Below are positions 1-15,000 of a stretch of 64,000 bases of DNA, piece by piece; position 1 is the first letter of the stretch, and every line of letters begins with the position of its first letter. The notes beneath the pieces were generated by a model that was given only the letters and a program-made list of their open reading frames with translations, was not told the DNA's origin and did no database searches. Origin of the DNA: a virus. A program made the position numbers and the translations under genes. The stretch covers positions 51,391-115,390 of the IMG/VR virus record IMGVR_UViG_3300025789_000024; one strand, given 5' to 3'.

Positions 1-2
1 CA

Positions 3-3000
3 CAAACTAATCTTTACACACGTAATGTTTATGGTGTAGAAAACAATGGTGCCGAACAAGGGTTTGTAACATTTACCGTGCCTGCTGCTGATGCACAAAA
101 TCAATATGTTTTCCCTAACAGCGGTGTAAGTCTAGATTTGGTTTGTACAACTCCTTTTGCAGACGTTAACGGTAAATTGTTATCAAGTCTTGGTTCGATT
201 GATGGCGTGACCTCATTGCAAGGGTTGCAAATCATGTTTTATAATACCGGTGTCACAAATGAAACTGGTTATGTACAAACATATTTTGACGAAAATTCAT
301 ATGACACTAATAACAATTCATTAGTTCAACCATTAACAGTTACCGTTAATCAAGTTGCTAGTAATGTGCTTACTCTTGCTTCTGGCTTAAATGCGCAGTT
401 ACAAGTAAACAGCACAATTACTTTTGATAATCCTACATTTGGTGGTGTAACAGCAGGCACTGTATACTTTGTTAACAGCTTAGTTGGCACTACAGGATTT
501 ACTATTTCTGCTACATTGGGCGGCACAACTTTGTCATTGACCAATGGTACTGGATTAATGACTGCAAATATAAATCAAGGTTTGTTAGAAGAAGGATTCT
601 ACACACCGGTAGCAAATAATTTTTACACGATTGAGTATATTGGCGATCCTGCTAACCCAGTTATCAGATTAGTACCAAGTGGAGTTATCCCTACTAATCA
701 AACTATTACGCCAAAGTTTGGCACACAGTATAACAACTTGCCTTTCTATCGTAACACCGTAGGTACTATTAGTGAAATACCTTATATTAGTGCACCATTA
801 GACACATTGTACTACCAAGATGGTACAAACTCTGATAGCGTAGGTGTTATTAAATTAATTGAAAGCAACCTATCAAATACACTAGATGTAGATACACAGA
901 TTTTAGGACAAAAGTCATTCACATCAACAAATGGTGTTGTGTTTACTAATGGATTAAAAGTATCTTTTAACGGTGACGTTATTCCAACAGGTTATTTGAA
1001 TGGCGAATATTATGTAGAGGGTGTTGGTACTGCAATTGAATTGGTATCGATAGACTCGTTAATTTGCCCTGAAAGTTTTACAGAAGCAATTTACAATCCA
1101 TATGATTTTACTAACTATGATGAAGGCAACTGGGATTTAACAGACTTTGTTCCTGTTCTTCCTGACTACATCACAATCGCTAGAAACAGTATTAGTAAAA
1201 ATGCATGGTCACGCAGTAATCGTTGGTTCCACATCGATGTAATTAATGCAACAGCATCTTACAACAATAACCCGGAAATCCCTTCAATATATGCAACTGC
1301 TAGTGCAAAAGCACAACGTCCTATTATTGAATTTTATCCAAACTTGCAATTGTTTAACTCAGGTACGATTGGTAAACAAGCGATTGACTTTTATGACACA
1401 CGAACAACTGATGCATTGACACAAGTTGTTGACCAACAAAATTACTACCCAGACATTGAAGTGTATAGTGCATATACTGCAACCATTGCGGGTGTAACAA
1501 ATGCAACAACTACTACGATTACAGTTCAAGCCAGTGATGTTACTGGCACATTACAACAATATCAATATATTACCGATTCTACTAACTTGTTACCACGTAA
1601 CACGCAAATTTTAAGTATTACCGGTACAACTACACTAACACTTACTGTAGCATGGACAAACGCAACTTCATTTAATACAACCGCTGTAGCAAGTATTGTT
1701 GCAAGTGAAACCACAGTAAACAATTATGCATTGTTTTCCGGGGCTAGAGTTATTTTCTCAGCGGATCCTGCAGTAAGTAATGTTGTTTTTGTTGCTAACT
1801 TGTCTACATTAACTACAGGTTCAACACCGGTTATTACATTGACTCCGGCAGAAGACAGTCCTTGTTTAACAAATGAACAAGTTGCAGTATTACGTGGATA
1901 TTATAATCACGGCACTACATATTATTATACTGGTGCAGGTTGGTTAGAAGCACAAGAAAAAACAAATGTAAACATGTCACCGTACTTTGATATCTTTGAT
2001 AGCAATGGTATTAGTTTAGGTGATACATCAGTATATCAGAGTACTACATTTAAGGGCACTACATTGTTCCAATATGGTATTGGAGCAGGCGCAATCGACT
2101 CAATATTGGGATTCCCATTAGCATATAGTTCTATTGAAAATCAAGGTGATATTCAATTCGATGTTACATTTAACTCAGATACATTTAATTATGTGACTGG
2201 TGCTACTCCTATAACTGAAAATGTTAATACTGGTTATGTGTATAATTACAACATCGACCAAACATATGTTCGTCAAATTGGTTGGCAAACAGCAGTAAGT
2301 CCTAGTGTACAATATCAAGTATTTGATTTTTCTGTACCTGCATTAAGTGGTACAACAGCATTTAATTGTGACATTGCACCAATGAGTTCTAGTGAAACAA
2401 ATTGGCCAACCGTTCAAGTATATGTGAATAACACTTATATTAATTCTGCAAATTATACAGTAACAACCACTGCCACAACAACTACAATCACTATAAACTC
2501 TGCTTATATTCCTGTTACTGATTGTGTAGTTCAAATCTTAATATTAAGTGACCAAGTAAGCAGTACGGCTTATTATCAGACTCCTATTAATTTGAATAAT
2601 AACCCATTGAATACTGATATTACTGTTGCTAACGTCGGTGATATTCGTAATCAATATCAAAGTATTTTCTATAACAATCCATACACAACTGGTGATGTAT
2701 TTGGTCCTAATAATTACAGAGACTTAGGTGATGTAGTTCCATATGGCAATGCTATTATTCAAAATAGTGCTAGTTTAGTTATACCCGGCGCATTATTGCG
2801 TGTACCGAATCATAATTTATTCAATGCATTGCTATATAATAGTAGAGAGTATGTCAACTATAAGCAATTAATTGTAAGTACAGTTTCAAACACTAGTTTT
2901 ACTCAAACATATAATCCAGCGCAAATCTTAGATATTGCATTGGCACAAATTACACAGGCTAAAAGTTCAGACCAATCATTCTTTTGGTCAGATATGATTC

Positions 3001-6000
3001 CGTCTAATGCACCATATAGAACTAATACATATACATTTAATAATGCATTAGACACATCAATTTATCCATTATCACAAGTTTATAATTTTGAAACTTCAAA
3101 CTATAATGGTGTGTTAGTGTATCGCACTACCGCATTAAATGGTTATCAAACTGTAACAGAACAATTAGTTAAGGGCCAAGATTATGTTGTTAGTACAACT
3201 GCCCCTTCACTAGAAGTTACTATTGCATTAAATGCAGGTGATACTATTACTATTAATGAGTATAATAAAACTTATGGTAGTTATGCTCCGAATACTCCAA
3301 CTAAGTTGGGACTATATCCTTCATTCATCCCTAGTGTTGTATTAGATAGTGATTATATCGTCCCTACATATTTCATCATGGGTCATGATGGTTCATATAC
3401 TAAGTTATACGGGGCATATACAGACGGAGTGTTGCAAGATTATCGTGACCAAGCATTATTGGAATTTGAAACACGTGTTTACAATAACTTGAAGTTAAGT
3501 AACACTATTCCAATTCAAGCATATGATTTGATTCCTGGTTATTTCAGACAGAGTTCACAACAATATTCTAATAGTGAATGGTTAGAAATGTATACTCCTA
3601 GTTTCCTTAACTGGATTGGTCAAAATCGTTTGAATTATAAAACACAATATTATAATGCCAATGATGAGTTTACATACAACTATAAAAATAGTGCTAACAA
3701 ATTAAATGGTACTGTTATTGAACAAGGTTACTGGAGAGGTGTGTATCAATATTTCTATGATACAACAACGCCAAATGAAACACCTTGGGAAATGTTGTAC
3801 TATCCAGATCAACCTAGCTGGTGGACGGAGCGTTATGGCCCTGCACCATACACAAGTGATAACTTAGTGTTGTGGGATGACATAGCAAATGGTGTTCGTT
3901 GGGACAACGGAGTTCCTGTAACAGTTCCTGAATTAGCACGTCCTAGTTTGCTAAACATATTACCTGTTGATAGTGCAGGTAATTTAGTGTCACCTTTTGT
4001 ATCAATTGTTGGTAATTATAGTCCTGGTACATTCCAGAAAGATTGGGTTGTTGGTGATGACGGGCCAACAGAATTAAGTTATAGAAGAAGTAGCACATGG
4101 CCCTTTGACTTGATGAGACTTCAAGCATTGATGAAGCCTGCCGAGTTCTTTAACTTAGGTGTATGGGTAGACAATTACAAATACAATGCAGAGTTTAATC
4201 AATACTTAGTTAACAACAGAAGTCACTTAGTGCCTAACGAGATTCCTATATATGGTTCAGGAACACCTGTAACTAGTTACTTAAACTGGATTGTTGATTT
4301 TGAGAAACAACAGGGCATTGATGCTACAACAAATCTAACAACATTGTTCAACAACTTAGATGTAAGATTAATTTATAGATTAGCCGGATTCAGCGATCAA
4401 AATCAACTAGCGTTCTATGTTGAAAAAGCAAGTCCAAACACAACAAGTTCTTCATTATTGATTCCAAATGAAAGTTATGGTATTTTGTTATACGATAATC
4501 AACCATTTGATAGAATTCCATATAGTTCAGTAATCATTCAACAAAATGATGGTTACTATACAGTGTTTGGTAATGCACAACAGTTTGCATATTTCACAGT
4601 CTTGAATCCTGTGTACGATAATCAATACGAAATTGTTGACATCAATTCAATACAAGTTAAAATCGCAAAAAATTATAGTACTAAAGAAACTATTGTACCA
4701 TATGGAACAGCTTTCTACAGCCAACAAGAATTAGCACAATTTTTGGTTAGCTATGGTAAATGGCTACAAAGTAAAGGCATGGTATTTGAAGACATTCAAA
4801 ACGGTCTTGCAGTTACCTGGAACCAAATGGTTGCAGAGTTCTTGTATTGGGCACAAACAGGATGGGGTGCAGGCTCTGTTATTACATTGAACCCTGCTGC
4901 AACACTATTGACTATCGATAAAGTTGATTGTGTTGTTCAACCATTAACTATCCAAGATCAAAACTTTGTATTGAATCAAAACTTATATCCAATTCAATTG
5001 AAGGATATGTGTATTGAACGTAACGATACACAGTTTACATTACATGCACTAAATCAAGGTGACACATTTAGTTATGCACAATTTGATTTAGGTAACTTTG
5101 AACATGGCATTGTGTTTGATAACACTACCTTGTTTAATGATACAATCTATAATCTAGTAACCGGCTTACGTCAAAACAGAATTAATGTACGTGGTACAAA
5201 AACTGCTGATTGGAATGGTACTGTAAATGCTTGGGGCTTTATCTTGAATCAAGATAACGTTCGTGAATGGAATAATACACTCAAGTATACCAAAGGTCAG
5301 ATTGTTCTTTACAAGAACAAGTATTGGGTTGCGCAACGTGTTATTGAACCAACTGCAACATTCAATCAACAAGATTGGAAAGAAACAAACTATAGTGCAG
5401 TTCAAACAGGATTACTTCCTAACCCATCTACACGTTCATTTGAAAGCGCATTATACTACGACACTAATACTAGAAACCTATCACAAGATGCTAACTTATT
5501 AAGTTATAGTTTGATTGGTTACAGACCAAGAGACTATTTGGCAACAGCAGATTTAACAGACGTTACACAAATCAATGTTTATAAAAACATGATTAAGAGT
5601 AAAGGTACAAATCTTGCTATCAATGCATTCAAGGGTGTAACACTACCTCAAGGTGGCATTGACTATACTGTTTATGAAAACTGGGCTATCAAACAAGGTG
5701 AGTTTGGTGGTGTAGCAAATAATAACTTTGTACAGTTCAAAGTGAACCAAGCAAATATGACTGGTGACCCATCAATCTTTAGTTTAACTAATGGTGTGTA
5801 CACTCAAGGATCAATGCAAGAAATTCCTATCTATAGTCTTTACAACTATGGACATAACATTACTGATCCAAATATCTTGTTAACAACGAATAGTGCAGAG
5901 CCTAACAGTACAAACATCTATCCAGATGCAGGTTATGTAAACTTCAATGACGTTAAGATGTCAAGTTATTTCTACTCTGGTTTACCTAGAGCAACTAACA

Positions 6001-9000
6001 TCGGTGGTCAAATTGTTCCTATTCAAAATTTCTATGTAAGAGATTATGTTTGGATGGCTAACTTCTTGAACACATGGAATGTTTACTCATTCAAACCAAT
6101 TGGTCAAGTCGTACAAGTTAGAAACAACTTAAACAACACAGCAACAGTTGTTTTTGCAGCGCCCCATGGATTGAAAAAATTACAACCATTGGCAATTGTA
6201 AACTTTGCAAGTAATGTTGACGGCTATTACATTGTCACACAAGTTGTAGACTTGACTACAGTTATCATTAACTTGAATGTACAGGCTACAAATCAAAATA
6301 CATTAACTGGTCAAGGTATTGGTTTAATCTTTGAAACACAACGTGCAGCCAAACCATCTGAAATTGGATTGTTAGACTTAACTGAAGCAGACTTTATTAC
6401 AAATACAGTTTGGGTTGACGAAAATACAGACGGTAACTGGGCAGTATATCAAAAGACAATTAACTATGATTATCAACAGCAAGTAACTAAAGAAGGTGCA
6501 ACTAACTTTGGTAGTGCAGTCGCATACTCACCACAAATGGGTTACTTAGTAAGTGATGCTAGTCAAGGTAATGTTTACAGATATGTATATGATGCTGTTG
6601 CCTCAACAGCAACAGGTTCACCTGTATACGACTTAAGTCAAACATTGTCAGGTGGTACAAGTTTTGGTACAACAATCATTCACAAAAACAACATTTTTGT
6701 TATTAGTGAACCAACAAGTGGCACACCAAAAGTATACATTTATGCATTGAATAGTAGCACAGTCTCAACTGCAATACTAACATACCAAACAGCAATTAGT
6801 GCACCCGGTGGTGTAACTAACTGGGGTAGTTCATTAGCAATGTCAGGAGATAACAATTGGTTGTATATCTCTGACATTGCAAATAACAATGTGTATGTCT
6901 ATCGTAGAGAACAGATTCTATTGAATGCCGGTTACTTTGTAACTGGTCAAACATATACAATTGAAACTGTTGGTACAACAGACTTTACAGCAATTGGCGC
7001 AATTGCAAATGCAGTTGGAATCACATTTGTTGCAACTGGCGCTGGTACTGGCACCGGCACTGCAATGCAAGTAACATATGCACAATCAACTGTTATCAGT
7101 GGCGCATCAACTGCAGGATCAGTGTCAGGTGATAACTTTGGTAGTTCATTGGCAACTGATTATTATGGTCAAACATTGTTTGTCGGCGCCCCTGACGTAA
7201 ATTACAGTTCAACAATTGAGAACTGGGGTAGTGTATATGCATATCAAAGAACAGTTCAAAATGTTGAAGCACAACAAACTAGTACAGTTGGACAAGTTCA
7301 ATCATTTACATTGGGTTGGACTCCAGCAGCAGGCGCAACAAGAACAGCAAGTGCAACTAATGGTAGCACAAACTACATTACATGTAATGCAGCCATGACT
7401 GGTTTTGCAGTAAATCAACCAGTTGTGTTTGGGGATATTTTGACTGCTACAGCGGCTGGTAGTTTTGTAATAGGCAAATCATATAAAATTACTACAGTCG
7501 GCACTACAGACTTCACAGCGATTGGTGCAAGTTCTAACTCAGTGGGGGTTATTTTTACAGCAACTGGTGTAGGATCAGGAACCGGTACTGCAACTCAAAC
7601 AACTAATCTTGCAAATAGCGGTATTAAACCAAATGTTGTTTACTATATTGCAAGTATCTCTGGCTCAACAATTTCTATTAAGACTTCACGATCATCAACA
7701 ACACCTGTACAACTAACTACTGCAAGTGGATTGTCATTTGGTGTGTATGTACAAGTTGACCCATTATATGTTACGGTCAATGGTACATTAGTACAAGACA
7801 ACAACTATGGTGTAATTGGTAGTCAATTTGTTTACAGTGGTGCATTGCAAGCAGGTGACATTATTAACATCAGCGATAATCAATACACACTGGTACAAAA
7901 CTTTAATTCGCAATTCAATGACAGAACCGGAACACATTACGGTTATGCAATGGACATGAACACGTTTGGTACAGAAACAATTATTGGTTCACCTTTTGAA
8001 ATAAATGACACCACTGGCGAAGAAGGTGCTGCATATAGATATACTAATGCAGGTGCTAAGTATGGTGTTGTAATTGGTACTAATGATTGTACATTGAATT
8101 CAGCAGGTGTGATATTTATTAATGGTTACTTAGTATTCTTAAGTGCAGGTAATGCAACAGGTATCGCTAACCAAATTAATGCAAGCAATGTTCCTAATGT
8201 GCAAGCAAGTGCGACAGCAAATAATACATTAATCATTCAATTGATTGATACTGCACTTGCACCAGTAAGTCAACAATTATTAATTTCAGTAGTTGACGAA
8301 ACTGTGTTAACACAATTGGGTATTGATGTATTTGTAAACACGCAAGTATTAGTATCTCCTTATGTTAACGGTCCTACTGAGTTTGGTACAGCAATTAAGT
8401 TCAACGAATCAGATAGCGTTGTAATTTCTGCCCCAGTTGGTACACGTTATGAGTTCACATCATTTGACTTTACAGACAATGGTACACCTGACTTAGATAC
8501 TATTTTCGATAACAATGCAACACGTTTTGTTGAAAGTTATCCAAACGCAGGTGCAGTATACATGTATGACTATCTTGGAAATTACAACGAAAACGTTGGT
8601 AATTCAGGACAGTTTGTATTTGCACAATCAACAAACTCACAAAACACAAGTTATGGATTCAATCCATTATATGGTGCAAGTCTAGACTTTAACAACAATA
8701 CAGTTATTGTTGGTTCACCTGACTTCTTGCCAGGAGTAGCAGACGGTCAAGTTGTTATCTATACAAATGCAACCGGTATGCAAGATTGGGGTATCTATAG
8801 ACAAAGTGCACCTGTTGTGGATATCAACAGTATCAGCAATACGCAATTGTTTAGTGCTACAACAAACAACACACTAGTTAACTTAGATTACATCGATCCA
8901 TTACAAGGTAAGATTCTTGGTGCAGTTAGAGAAAATCTAGACTTTGTAACAAACACAGATCCTGCAAGATACAATAGCAATCTAGCAAGTCAAACAGGTT

Positions 9001-12000
9001 ATGTTTGGGGTGCAAATGAAGTTGGTAAAACATGGTTCAACACTAACAACGTTCGTTTTGTTAACTATCACCAAAATGACGTGGTGTACAATAGCAAATA
9101 CTGGGGCTCCGTATTCCCAGGAAGCGATGTTGCAGTTTACACATGGGTAGCAAGTAACGTGCCACCTAACAACTATCAAGGTCCTGGAACTCCATTAGAT
9201 GTTACACTATATGCTATTAGTAGCACAATCAATGCAAGTAGTGTTGTTGTACCTATCTATTATTTCTGGGTACGCAATAGTAATTTGATTTTCAGCGAAA
9301 CAGGTAAAACATTAAGTGATACTATTCTTGCTCAATATATTGCGAATCCACGTGGGTCAGGTATCAGTTTCATGGCACCTTTGCTACCTAATACATTTGC
9401 AATTTACAATGGTTTGAGTTATTTTAACGGTACTGACACCGTGTTTAATATCGCATACAGCACAAATTCAGATTCTGGAAGTGATATCTATCACCAGCAG
9501 TTTGCTATTATCAAAGAAAACTCTGCTAGTGACTTCTTGCCTGGCTTCCCACAATATGCTTATGTAAGTAGTACATTAAGTGATCCTAGTGGATTGTATC
9601 TACGTTTTGTAAACAGTTTGGCTGGTTGTGATGATGCAGGTGGTGTAGTTCCTGATCCATATTTACCATTACGAGTTCAATCAGGTGTTCAAGTAAGACC
9701 AAGACAAAGTTTCTTCCTTGACAGATTCTTAGCACTTAAAAACTATTTGACATTTGCTAATGAAGTGTTAGTACAATATCCAATCGTTGAACTAAGAGAA
9801 AATTTAGACTTCTTGTACACAGTAGGAGATATTAATCCTGGTACAGGCTTACCATACTACGACACAACTAACTATTGGACGTTTGTCAACTGGTGGGCTC
9901 CTGGATACAGCGACAATACACGTTCAGTATTGCAAGTCCCTTTGTATGCAGATTTGGCAGCATTGAATGTAAGTTCAGGCACAATTGTAACTGTTGAACA
10001 AAACGGTGTAGGCAAATTTGAAGTATACACAACTGATGGATTGGGTACTTGGACACGTATTGGTTTGCAACAAGGTACTATTCAATTTAGCAGCGCATTG
10101 TGGGATTACTCAAGTGCAGGTTTAGGTTTTGGTGGCAACTTCTTTGACACTAATGTATTTGATTTATACCCAAGTGAAGAAACACGTTACATTATTCGTG
10201 CACTAAATGAACAAATTTATATCAATGATTTGTTAATTTATAGAAACAAGAGTTTGATATTGATGTTTGAATACATTCAAAGCGAAACAACATCATCACA
10301 AAATTTCTTGCCTTGGTTAAACAAAACATCATTGGTCGATGTGTCACATAAGATTCGTGAATTGTTACCACTTGAAGTATATCAAGGTGATAACGAAGTA
10401 TTTTTAGAAGGATACTTGAATGAAGTAAAACCATATCACGTAACTATCAAACAGTTTAGTTTCAACTATACAGGAACTGATGTATTCCAAGGTGATATCA
10501 CAGACTTTGATGTTCCTTCACAATGGAACAACATATACCAAGAATTCATTAGTCCAGAATTAGTATATACATTGCCTAACAATGAATATGAATATCTGCC
10601 TACTGATCCTATCTGGCAAACTGCACCTTACAGTCAATGGTATCAAAACTATGGTGTGTCATTGACAGGTCAAGATAACTACAACATTACAACTTTAGTA
10701 TCATATCTAACTCCAAGTTCTAGAAGTATTATTGTTGATAATGCAAATGGCTTCCCAATCAATGGTACTATTACTATTGACGGAGAACAAATTGGTTACT
10801 CTTATGTAGACCGTGCTAAAAATCAACTAAGTGGATTGGTGCGTGGATACAACAGTACTACAATCACTAATCACATACCTGGCGCTAAGATTTACATCGA
10901 TTTGCCTGCTGTGTTATTATTAAGCGGTGGTGCTGGATATACTAACCCACCTAGAGTAACTGCATACATTGATGAAACTCAATACCCTGCTCCAAGAACA
11001 CCTGCTGTGTTAGAAGCAGTAATGAATTTGGATTCTGTATTGTCAATTAATGTTATCAATCCTGGTTCAGGTTACGCTGTGTTACCTACTATCGTGATTG
11101 ACCCATCTGCAACTATTTACTTTGCAGATACACAAGTCAATTCAGTATTGCACACAATTACTGTATATGCCCCTGAATTGGTAACAGGTCTTGAAGTGCA
11201 ATATTTTGATGACACCGCAACAGGTAATGGAATTGGTGAGTTGTCAAATGGACAATGGTACTATATCAATGTATTAGAAGACAATCCTACTGCGGTTGTA
11301 GCATTATACACTACGTATAGTAATGCTGTAAACGACAAGAACAGAGTTCCACTATTCACAAATGGTTCTGGTAATAGTTTCTCTATTAATCTTGGCGCAA
11401 GAGCATCAGCAATTTCTACTGCTTATCCAGTGCGTGAAAACGCTATCAGAATTAAATTTGATAGAACCACTTATACTTCTCAAGTATTAGATTGGGAAAG
11501 TGGTGCATACTATGGTGCATTCTTTGCTGGTAGCTATCGTAATAACGAAGATTATTCAAGTTCAGATATATTGTTGCCTTTCAGTCAAGCAACTGCAACT
11601 CCTCCTGTAAGTTTTATGACAGCAGCTTCAGGCGGCGGTGTAGTATTTGAAATTAGCGAAGTTGACAATCAACAACAAGTTGAGTGGTCATCATTTGTTA
11701 GATATGTGGGTTCTACTGTTGCAGCTAATAACTCTATCAAATTGATTCCGCAAGATGGAAACAATGATCCTAACAACCCGCAACCAAATGCTTCTGGTAC
11801 AACAGTTGGTTTCTATGTTGGTATGCCTGTACAGTTTGCAGGCCCTGGCATTGGTGGTTTAGTTGGCACAACTACAAGTGATCCTATAATTTATTACGTA
11901 CACAGTATTATTGATGAATTGTACTTTACCGTATCAACTACAGTCGGTGGTGATGTAGTAACATTAACAAATGCAACAGTTGGTGCAGCGGGCTTACAAT

Positions 12001-15000
12001 GTTTAACTGCAAGCGTAGTGAATACTGCGGTGTTGACTGTTAATTACCCGGGTATATTAACTGTAACCAACACTAGTGCAGGTACTAACGTATTGACAGT
12101 TCCAACATCGGCAATTGGTACAGGTGGCACAAATGGATTCTATGTTGGTATTCCTTTAGTCTTCACTGGCGAAACATTTGGTGGCATTGTAGCAAATCAA
12201 GTTTACTATGTGTCAACTATTATTGATGAAGAGAACTTTACAGTTTCTTCAAATGATAAACCTTTGCAAGCTACCGTATACAGTGTTTCAAGTTCAAACA
12301 ATCATGTAACGGTGTCATCTACTACAGGTATGGATGTCAATGATCCAGTCATCTTTAACAATATGATAATCAGTGGCGTGAGTGGAATATTATTTGGTAA
12401 TATACATTCAGGTGTAACTTATTATATTAGCCAAATTGTTGATGGCACTACAATTACAATTAGCCAATATGTTAATGGATTAGTATTCAATCCAGGAACA
12501 GTTGCTGCTAGTGGTACTACAAGTGCATTAGTAACTGATCAGGCATCAAGTAGCCAATTGTCTACTGCTACTGGTAATATGACAATGAACGTTAATTTGC
12601 CAATTAGTCCCGGACAAGTTAACGGGCAAGCATTCAACTTGTATGAAACATCACAGCAATATCCAAATATTGCTACAGGTGTTATCAGCGAATTAATTGG
12701 AAATACAGTTAACGCTACAGTTGCGACAACAAATCTTGTTGCATTTAGTAATCAACAACCAACACAGTTTATGTATGTAAACATGCCTGTTAGATTTAAC
12801 ACAGCTATCGGTGGCTTGAGTACTAATACAACATATTGGATTAAATCTTTGGGTGTAATTTCTGTAAATTGTACAACTACAAGTTCTTCAACTAACCAAA
12901 TTACATGCAGTAGTACTACATCATTGTACACAGGTATGCCTATTGTATTTACGGGCGTGTCATTGGGTGGAATTACTATTGGACAAACATATTTTGTTAA
13001 AACAATTGTAGACAGTACCCATTTTACAATTAGCGCAACTTCAGGTGGTTCAGCATTAGTATTATATACCTCTAACGGTGAAATGGTTGGTACTGGTGAC
13101 CCATATATGACAGTTTCTACATCATTAGGAGGCAGTGTAGTATCATTATCAGCAAGTACAGCAGGATCAAGTTTTGTTCAATACCCAACTGCTACACCAA
13201 CGTTTGACATTTCTTATGCTGTGGGCGGTTACTTGGCAATCGTCAATAGTGCTGCAACCGGATTTGCAATTAATAACGTGATTACAATTGATGGTCAGTT
13301 TGTCGGTGGTACAACACCAGCTAACAATGTTACTTTAACTGTAAACACTATTGGAACCAATGGAGAAATTACTAGCGTAATTGCTAGTGGTACTGTACCT
13401 TCAGTATCAAATACATATTACTTAGAAGTAACTTCACCAAATACATTGGCTGTATACAGTAATCCTTTATTGACAGTTCCTGTAAGTGGTTTAGACTTTC
13501 CTTATGTTGGATTTACTGAAACTACTGTAGTTCAAACACAAAGTACAGGTAACATTGTGGTAGCAGATGCGTCAGGGTTTAATTTATATGATCCTATTGT
13601 ATTCACTGGAAATGTACAAGGCAATCTAAATGTAGGTACAGCATATTACATCAGTAATATTGTTGGAACAACAATCACATTGAGTGCAACACCAGGCGGT
13701 AGTGCCATAACAAGCGTAACAACCAATACTTCAACAAACTTTACAATGGCTAAAACAGGAAGTTTTGCAGTATTACCTCAGCCATTCTACTTCAATCAAA
13801 GTATTGTCAAGTACAACAATCAAGTATACCAATGTATCATTTCTAACAACGACAGCGAATTCATCTTTGGTAAATGGCAGTTGTTAGATAGCAATAGCAG
13901 TTTGTTAAATGCTATGGACAGAGTAATGGGTTACTATCAGCCTACTGCTGATATGCCTGGCGTAGATTTAACACAATTGTTTGAGGGTGTAACTTATCCT
14001 AACTCAACTTATTATGGTAATCAATTTGCTCCTGCAAATCAGTACCCTGTTGATACAATTCTGCAAGATCAACCATTCTATCCAACTGACGTAAACATAA
14101 CAGGTATCATTTGGAACGGTGTAAATTATTTTGCAACAAGTAATCTACCAACATACTCTGCTGTATTGATTAGTCATGACGGAGTAACATGGAGTATTGA
14201 CACACTAGCAAATATTGATGTAGACGCAACAAGCATTCTTTATGCTGGTGGTATGTATGTATTGACTACAACTAACAGTGCTACTCCTATCTATAGAAGT
14301 AATGACGGCTTTAGTTGGACAACAAATGGATATTATACTCCTTATAGTGATCAACCATACGACACTACGCAATATGATTCAACTGCAATCAATGTTGCAC
14401 AACTTGCATTGCAAGATATAACATATTCAAATGGCTATTACATTGCAGTAGGGGATAACATCGTTAGAAGCGCAGACACCTATAATTGGGTTGAAGTACC
14501 TTTATTCCCCAGCTCATTAAATAGTTATGAATTCTATGCAATAACTAAGGCTGTATTGCCATCATTCAATGGCTTAGTTGCTGTTGGCGGAGGCACACGC
14601 CCAGATGTGATTTCTGGCGTAACTGAATCAGTTAGTACAAATGTTATCTTCTATAGTACTAACGACGGACTATCATGGACACAAATAAATTCAATTACTC
14701 CAAATACATTCTATGGTGTAGCAAGTAATAGTTCATTGATTATTGCTGTTGGTAGTGCAGGTGTAATTTATTACAGTAATAACGGTGGTAGCTGGTTAGG
14801 CTTGAATGAAGTGCAAGTACTTTCAACAAACACAAACACAAATGTTATTAACGTAACCAATAGTGCAGGATTCGTATTGAACCAAGCTGTTAGATTTAGT
14901 CAAGCATTTGGTGGATTGAATACAACAACTACTTACTATCTTGTAAGTATCAATGGTACACAAGTTAAAGTTTCAACAACGCCTAGTGGTTCAGCAGTTA